Positions 57,201-64,000 of a DNA stretch of 64,000 bases are shown here, piece by piece. This DNA is from Diplonema japonicum (Eukaryota; Protista; Euglenozoa: Diplonemea). The stretch is taken from positions 310,001-374,000 of the forward strand of contig OZ025742.1 in NCBI GenBank assembly GCA_964019335.1. Direction: 5' to 3'. Each line of letters begins with the position of its first letter. Within the stretch, counting starts at the first letter, position 1. The notes below the pieces were generated by a model. The model saw only the letters and a program-made list of their open reading frames with translations, did not search any database and had not been told where the DNA came from. The position numbers and the translations under genes were made by a program.

Positions 57201-59847
57201 GGAGAAGGCCAGTGTACTCGTCGAACACTACGCGAGGGCCTGCTCCCCAAGGACGACTGCCAAGTCGGAGGAAGTGATCACCACCATCAAGAAGGACGCG
57301 AAGCCCGGGACAGACAACGACTTCCCCCTGGTAACGAAGGACGAGCTGGACTCGGTGCTGCGAAGGCTGAAGAAGGGCAAGGCTCCGGGCCCAGACGGCA
57401 TCTACAACGAAATGCTGAAGTACCTGGGACCGGTGGCCAGGGAAGTTCAACTCCTCCTCTACAACTCATCCCTCCAGACCGGTGTCGTCCCTGCCGAATG
57501 GAGGCGGTCTTCCATCATCCCCCTCATGAAAAAGGGCAAAGACCAATCCGAACCCGCCTCGTACAGGCCGATCGCGCTGACGTCAAACATCGTGAAGACG
57601 TTGGAGCGAATAGTCAAGGACAGGATGTGCTTCCTGCAGGACACAGGACGGGTAAGGCAATTGCACACATCGCAGGCGGGTTTCCGGAAAGGGAGGTCCA
57701 CGGAGGAAAACGTGCTGTACGCCGCCTCAAAGCTCAAAAGTGTCAGACTGAGCCAAGGTCTGGGGGGTCTCCTGCTGTTCGACTTCAAAGGAGCCTTCGA
57801 CACAGTCTGGCACAAGGGAGTGATCGCAAAGCTGATAGGCGACGGATACCCTCCCAAGCTCGTGAAATGGATCACCTCTTTCCTCGACCAACGTAAAGCC
57901 TCCGTCTGTGTGAACGGGGAACACGGCTGCGTGAAGACAATGACAGGGGGCGTACCCCAAGGCACCATCCTGGCCCCGCAGCTCTTTTCCATCTACGTCA
58001 ACGACCTGGCCAGGTTGTACAGGAAGGCTGGAATCGACGCGGTAGTGTACGCAGACGACATAGCGATAGTGCTGGAGGCGGGGAGTCCTGCCGAGCTGAA
58101 CAAGAAGGTGCAACGCGCGGTGAGCCTCACGGAGCGATGGTGCGAGACGTTCTCGATGAAACTGTCCCAGGAAAAGACAGAGTTCATGCCGGTAGAGGGA
58201 CAGTTCTGGAACTCGCACGACAGTCTCGCAAACCTCATCAACGCCCGCTTCCCCTCGAGTGGGGCGAAAGTCAAGGTGGTACGCGAGGCTAAATATCTTG
58301 GCGTCACCTTCGACGAAAGCATGAACTTCCACGAGCATGTGCAGAAGGTGAAGGGAAAGATCAACAGCCGTCTTCGCCTGCTGCGCAAACTCGCCGGAAC
58401 AAGGTGGGGCTGCCGCAAGCACACCCTAAGGACGCTGTACCTGACGTACGTCCAACCGGTTCTGCGCTACTGTCTCGGTGCTTACGGCAACTTCGTGGGA
58501 CATGCTGCTCTGGCCGAGTTCGACTCGCTACAATACACAGCAGCGAGGTTGATAACGGGATGCTTCGACAAGACTTCCGCGACGGTGACCAGGTCAGAGG
58601 CGGGCATCTGGGAGATTGAATCCTTGCTGGAACACGACACCCTGGTGCTCTACGAGAAGGCACAGCGTCAACCGGGGACGACAGCGGAGAAGGCAACAAA
58701 GATATCCGGGGGTCAGATGTGGTACGGGAAAAGCTGGCGAAACACCGCGCTCGACTTGGCGAAGAGTCACGGGATGCCGGAACGCGAAGACCTACCACAC
58801 CACTCAGTCACTCAGAGCGCAGACCTGCAGCTCCCTCCATGGGTCCAACCCAAAGTCCTGTTCCACCCCGACCTAGTCCGCAAGGTACACAAGAAGGACG
58901 AAAAAAGTCTCAAACTCCGAGCGGCCTTCGAATCGATCAGGAGGCACGGCATCCCAGATGTGATCGTCTACACCGACGGGTCAGTCACCGGACACAGGAA
59001 CGGCGGTTCGGCAGCTGTGATAAGGATCGGGTCTGACACACCGAAGCAGGCTCGCAAGAGCGGAGGAGCAGTGACTTCGGCCTACCGATGCGAACTGAAA
59101 GCGCTGAACCTGGGGCTGCAATTGACACTGTACCATACCCGGAGACAAGGTGTGACGACCGGAGTAGTGCTGCTGTGCTCGGACTCCCAGTCGGTGATCA
59201 GAAGACTGATGCAGGGCCACAGAGAGATGAGGCAGAAGGAGGAACTGCTGGCTTGGAAATGGCTGGACGCGCTTGACCGCCAAGGCCTCTCCACCATCAT
59301 CCAGTACGTTCCCGGACACTGCGGCCTACCAGGTAACGAGCAAGCCGACCGACACGCCAAACGCGCCGCAAAGGAGTCGACACCGGACGGACCGACGGAC
59401 CTGATGACCACAAAGAGCCTCATCAAGAGGTCGGTGAACCGCGACTGGGCAGCCTCGTGGGAGAAGACGGGTCGGGACAAGAAGTACCGAGAGGAGATCG
59501 GCGCGAGGTACCTCCCCTTGAAGGAACTGTCCTGCAGACACGATGAGGTACAGATAACGAGACTGCGAACGGGCAGGAGCCACCTGACTTGCGGTTTCCT
59601 GTCGAAACCCGTCCAGAATGACATACGTTGCCTCTCGTGCCATTCGATCCAGGACAGACACCATCTGCTGATCGGGTGCCCAGCTGGAGACAAGGTCCGC
59701 GAAGAGATCTTCGGGGATGACATCCCCACGACCACGAAGGAGATGCTCACAATGAGGGTGAGTGAAACCGCCTCCTACCTGAAGAGGATGGACCTCATCT
59801 GAGACTCTCACGACCGCCGAGCCGCTGACCGCAATCGCAGGACGTAG

Positions 59848-59881
<34 letters not shown>
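54270..59881 (+). mobile_element. Apparently intact Ingi-like LINE: ORF1 54270-55490 (coiled coil) and ORF2 frame 55465-59802 (2A-APE-RT-RNase H-Zn finger), poly(A)
   Basis: SLNVRSL..LLQET..AGDMNAHH..SPD..GSDH (APE); GVPQGTILAP, YADD; YTDGS..YVPGHCGLPGNEQAD; CLSC..HLLIGC. Confidence 0.95.
55846..55887 (+). other. 2A (StopGo) ribosomal-skipping motif HLLSCGDIEANPGP
   Basis: Exact D(V/I)ExNPGP consensus immediately upstream of APE. Confidence 0.92.
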
Positions 59882-59883
<2 letters not shown>

Positions 59884-59909
59884 AACAGAAAAAAGTGAAC
59901 CAAAAAGTA

Positions 59910-60422
59910 CTAGTGAACCCTCTCCCCCTCCCCCTGTGTTTCCCATTATTACCCTGTCGTGCACCCCAACTTCTGTCTTCACCTTTCCCCGCCCCTTCAC
60001 ACATCCCCCCGTATCATTTCCCTTTGTTTTGAATTTTCTAAGGCTCCGCCGCCCAACAAAGCTGGCTGAAGGGGATGCCTCCGTGCCAGTGTGCCGCTCG
60101 TGAGGGCGAGCACGGACGAGGTACCCCACTCCTCAAAAACCCGGAGGTTCGCCCGAAGGGTGCTGGCTTGGGAAGCGGGCTGGAGAGCTGCCGGGGTCAC
60201 GGAGGTGGGCGAAGTCGCGAACACTGGAGCCCACGAACCGGCCCCACCTCCGTCCTCGGTACGTATGGATAGTTTAGCGGAAGTTTCAAGGTTATCACAT
60301 TCCTTTCCTTTCCCCCTTTCGTTAGATACAGGGAGACCCTTGGTCCACCTGTTCTGTCCCCCCCCCCCAGCCTTTGCTTCGCACGTCAGTGGTTCATTTA
60401 TTATTATTATTAAAAAAAAAAA
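59910..60422 (+). mobile_element. Structured non-coding segment E ending (TTA)n-poly(A); probable orphan LINE 3' end or leader of the next element
   Basis: 11-bp perfect stem 60199-60209/60243-60253 and other stems; tail followed by TGT. Confidence 0.5.
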
Positions 60423-60467
60423 TGTAGAAAGAAAAGAAAAGAAATGTAGAAAGAAAAGAAAAGAAAA

Positions 60468-63400
60468 ATGGGCAAGAAGAAAGACAAGCACAAGGAGAAG
60501 GCAAAGCCGGAAGGGAACGGGGCCAGCACGCAGCTGGCCCAGTCCAAGGCCAGGGAGGAGCGGCGGGTGGAGAGGATGCTCCGCAGCGCTGGAGCAGCCG
60601 GGGAGCTGGGGCAGCTCCTGACGCCGGAGCACCGGGAGAAGATGACGGGGGTGGTCACCGTAATTGACCTCCTCACGCCCGACGCCGCCGCCGCTACAGC
60701 CGGCCCAGCGACACCTGTCGCCTCCACCCCGACCGGCTCCGTCAAAAGGCCGGTTTCGCCTGACGCCAGCGTCGCCACCCCGACCTCCAGCAAAAAAGCT
60801 AGGAGGAAGGCCGCCAGAGCCGCGCGCGCTGACGCTGCCGCCGAAGCCGCACACATAGCTGACGCCACACACCCCCTCGAAGCCGCACGCACTGCGGCCG
60901 ACGTCGAACTCGCGGGAATCGCTGCTGATTTGGAAGCTGCACGCGAGTCGGCCGACGTGGTAGCTGCAGAAATAGCTGCTAAGATGAAGGCTGCGCAGGA
61001 GGTGGCTGATGCTGCTGTTGTCAAAATGGCAGCCGAGACGGAAGCTGCACGCGTGGCTGGTGTGGAGGCTGCTCGCAGAGCAGTCGAGGCTGAGGAGAAG
61101 GCTCTGCGCGAGCGGTCTACTGCACGACTTGCGGCAGAGGAGAAGGAGGCTGCGCGTGCTGCGGCCGAGATGAAAGCAGCCGAGGAGAAGAAGGCTACAG
61201 CCGCAGCCGCTGCAGCCGAGAAGAAGAAAGCCGCAGCCGCCGCCGCCGCCGAGAAGAAAGCAGCAGCCGCCGCCGCCGCCGAGGAGAAGGCCGCCGCCGA
61301 GAAGAAAGCAGCAGCCGCCGCCGCCGCCGCCGAGAGGAAGGCCGCAGCCGACGCCGCCAGGAAGCAAGCTGCAGCCGCCGCCGCCGAGAAGGAGACCGCA
61401 GCCGCAGCCGCCGCCGCCGAGGAGAAGAAGAAGGTCGCAGCCACCGCCGCCGCCGAAAAGGAAGCCGCCGCAGCCGCTGCCAAAAAGGAGGAAGCTTTGA
61501 GGTTGGCGGCCGCCAAGAAGGCAGATGCCCAGAAGGTCGAGGACGAAGCAGTCGCGAACGCTTCCGCCAACGCGTCAACAGACCAAGGCACGCTCCTCCT
61601 CAGCTCAGACTCTGACACCAGCTCTGGCCCTGAGGAGATGGAGGACGACCCTGCCCCTGCCCCTTCCACAACCCCGCGATGGGACCTGGTGCCAGACACA
61701 TGGGACGCCCCGATCTACACCAACGTGTCCCCCCCGACGGAAACATCCCGCGCTGTCATTGCGCTCGACGATCCCTCCGGAATGGGGGTCGTGTGCTCCG
61801 CGTTACCTACGGCATCCATCACCTTTGTCCTTATGACAGAGGTCCCCGGTGTCACCACCCCCAGCGAGATTGTCATGGTCTCTGGGTCGCGCGCAGTGAA
61901 CAGGAGGGTCCACGTCTCCACGTTCGGGCTGGACCCCCCCACCTACACCCCGCCTTCCACCTTCAACAGCGGATCGGAGGTCGTCTACGTCTGTGTCAGT
62001 GCAGACAGCCTGAAGGAGGCGAAGGCCAGGGCCCTGGAGCTCGCCAAGGCTCAGGGCGCGGTGATGGAGGATCGTGCGGTCTTCCGCCCAAGGAAGTTCG
62101 GTGAGGAGGAACCGCGGGCGAGGCACTGGACCCACGAGGTGGGACTGCGCCTGCAAGCAGCACACGTCCACGCCGTCCTGCGCCGGTCCGGGGACGGGTG
62201 CTTAATGCGGACGACGGAGAGACGCGGGGGGTACGCTTATGTACCCATCGTGGCGGAAGGGAGGGCGGATGCCTTTCGGATTGCGGGGACGCTGGGTGGG
62301 TTGTCTCTCGGGGTGGCGCACCGTAAGGGATGGACTGTGCGGTGCCTACCGGAGACGGAACAGCGGCTCCGGGAAACCCTCGCAAAACTGCGTACGAAGC
62401 GCAAGTTTTTGCTCACCGGGGCCCCGCCGTCCATCACCAGGGCGGCCTTCGACGAAGTGATGGACCACATCGGTTGGAAACCATCCTCCGTCGTTCCAGG
62501 GCACGAGGCAACTCGTGTTCTTCATCGTCGTCGACAGCCCGCCCCCGAAGTCCAGGACGTGGCTCCTTGGGGGGCGCCTTGTCTGCCTCCGTGATGCGGA
62601 CGACCACCCGACCGTCAAGCCGCCCCCTCTCATCAACAGGACGACACCTGCATCTGCACCTGCGCTTGCAACGTCCTCGACCCCGGCACCCACATCTTCT
62701 CATGTACCTGCACCTGCGCCTACTACACCTGTACCTGACCCGGCACCTGTATCGGCGTCGACACCCTCGGAGACTGGCCCTGCGGTGAAAGCAACTGGGC
62801 TTCCTCCCACCAGCCCGTGGGCGTCCATACCGAGCTCGGTGGCTCCCCCCCAGCTCGACACTGTGACGTCCCCTACACCGCCCCGCAACGTGTCTGCGGG
62901 AAACAAGGAGGGAGTCCCTTCCGGGTCGCCTGAGGTCGCCGCTCTCACTGAGCTCGTCGCCACGCTGAAGGAGTCGATCGTCGGGCTGCAGAGGACGATC
63001 GACTCTCAGCAGGAGATGATCTCCGATCTGCGGACGACGCTCCGCCTCCTCCTGCCGCAGGCGGCCACGCTGACGACGGGAACGGCAGTGCCGCGGGACC
63101 CTACACCGGGGGCGACGACGACACACGACAGTGTCTGGAAAGGGAAGGGGAAGGGGAAGAAGGGGGCTCCTCCTCTCGCTACGACCTCTGAGGCTGCGGT
63201 GACGAACCTGGGTACGAGGGGGCGGGCCAGGTCGTTCGCGGAGACCAAAGATCTCTTCACCAATGGGGTCAAGGGGCGCTCTGCCTCCATGGGTCCATCC
63301 AATTGAAGGGGCCCCGCAGAACAGGGGGAGCAGCAGATCTACGACCATGCTCCCTCTCCTAGTCTCCCTCGCATCCTCCCCAGGAGACTCCTACCTCTCT

Positions 63401-64000
63401 GTTTCTTCACCGACTTTTCTGCACTGATCCCCACCCTACTCGGGAGGATGTCCGTCAGGGACCTGCTGGGGCTGCTTGGGCTGGTCGAAACAAACCCTGG
63501 CCCACCCAAGAAGCTGCCGCCCCCGTCGCCTAAGGGTCTCAAGGTTGTCTCGTGGAACTGCAACGGCCTCGTTGCGAAATGGACCGTCGTATCTCGCCAT
63601 GCTGACTTCTTGTCGCTGGACATCATCATGATACAGGAGACGCACCTGAGGGAAGGGCACGACACGCCACACCTGCCTGGGTACAGGTCATACAGGAGGG
63701 ATCGGTTGACACCGGTGACTGACGGCACTGCGACGAGGGGTGGTGGTATTGTCACGTATGTCCGCGACGATCTTGCCTCGGAGGAGGTTCCGCACGTACT
63801 CCCGGCTGGGGACTGTGTCACTGAGAGACTGGATGTGAGGATCTCCTGCGAGAAGCGTGAGCCGATCACTCTCTCCAACGTTTACCTTACACCGGTAAGC
63901 GCGAGCAGAGGCACGAGGGACCCTGAGTACCTGCGGCCTGGCAGCCTTCCCATGGGGAAGAACACAGTCATAGCGGGTGACTTCAATGCTCACCACAGCT
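60468..64000 (+). mobile_element. Ingi-like LINE, 5' part: Ala/Glu/Lys-rich ORF1 (60468-63306, frameshift near 62510), 2A-like motif and APE domain running off the window
   Basis: After TGA 63304-63306 the same frame reads ..DLLGLLGLVETNPGP..VVSWNCNGL..MIQET..RGGGIVTYVR..IAGDFNAHH. Confidence 0.9.

Noticed and set aside
59997-61699. Long minus-strand ORFs of 456 and 429 aa
   Set aside because: Antisense shadows of the GC-rich Ala/Glu/Lys repeat in ORF1
1-64000. tRNA, rRNA, spliced-leader RNA genes or telomeric repeats
   Set aside because: None recognised by eye; small snoRNAs cannot be excluded without a covariance search

Overview
Eukaryotic nuclear DNA rich in A/T/G/C homopolymers, with short spliceosomal introns. 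The Ingi-type retroelements and general style suggest a euglenozoan, probably a diplonemid (inference only). Positions 1-36.7 kb form a strictly + strand gene array. It holds an FHA protein (SNIP1-like), an SLC34 Na+/phosphate cotransporter fused to a claudin-like tetraspan with a phytase-like propeller, a YTH protein, GCP4, an ARL2BP/BART protein, a polyprenyl-diphosphate synthase, a small three-exon membrane protein, a 2954-aa polycystin-1-like receptor, an F-box protein and a kinase. These are interrupted by piggyBac elements, a Helentron-like dimer and a non-LTR element ending in poly(T). Positions 36.9-64 kb are a repeat-dense accessory zone: a pogo element with a nested piggyBac, two ubiquitin-like/BspA-LRR genes whose near-identical 75-bp repeats vary mainly at two di-residue positions, and a same-strand stack of Ingi-like LINEs and LINE 3' ends. 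Best leads: (1) the LINE stack, where six poly(A) tails are followed by TGT (the (A)nATG start-codon context), the 3' regions hold large conserved structured RNAs, and 2A motifs precede ORF2; (2) the transporter-claudin-pseudo-phytase fusion; (3) the hypervariable Ubl-LRR genes. All family calls come from motif recognition by eye; no searches were run.
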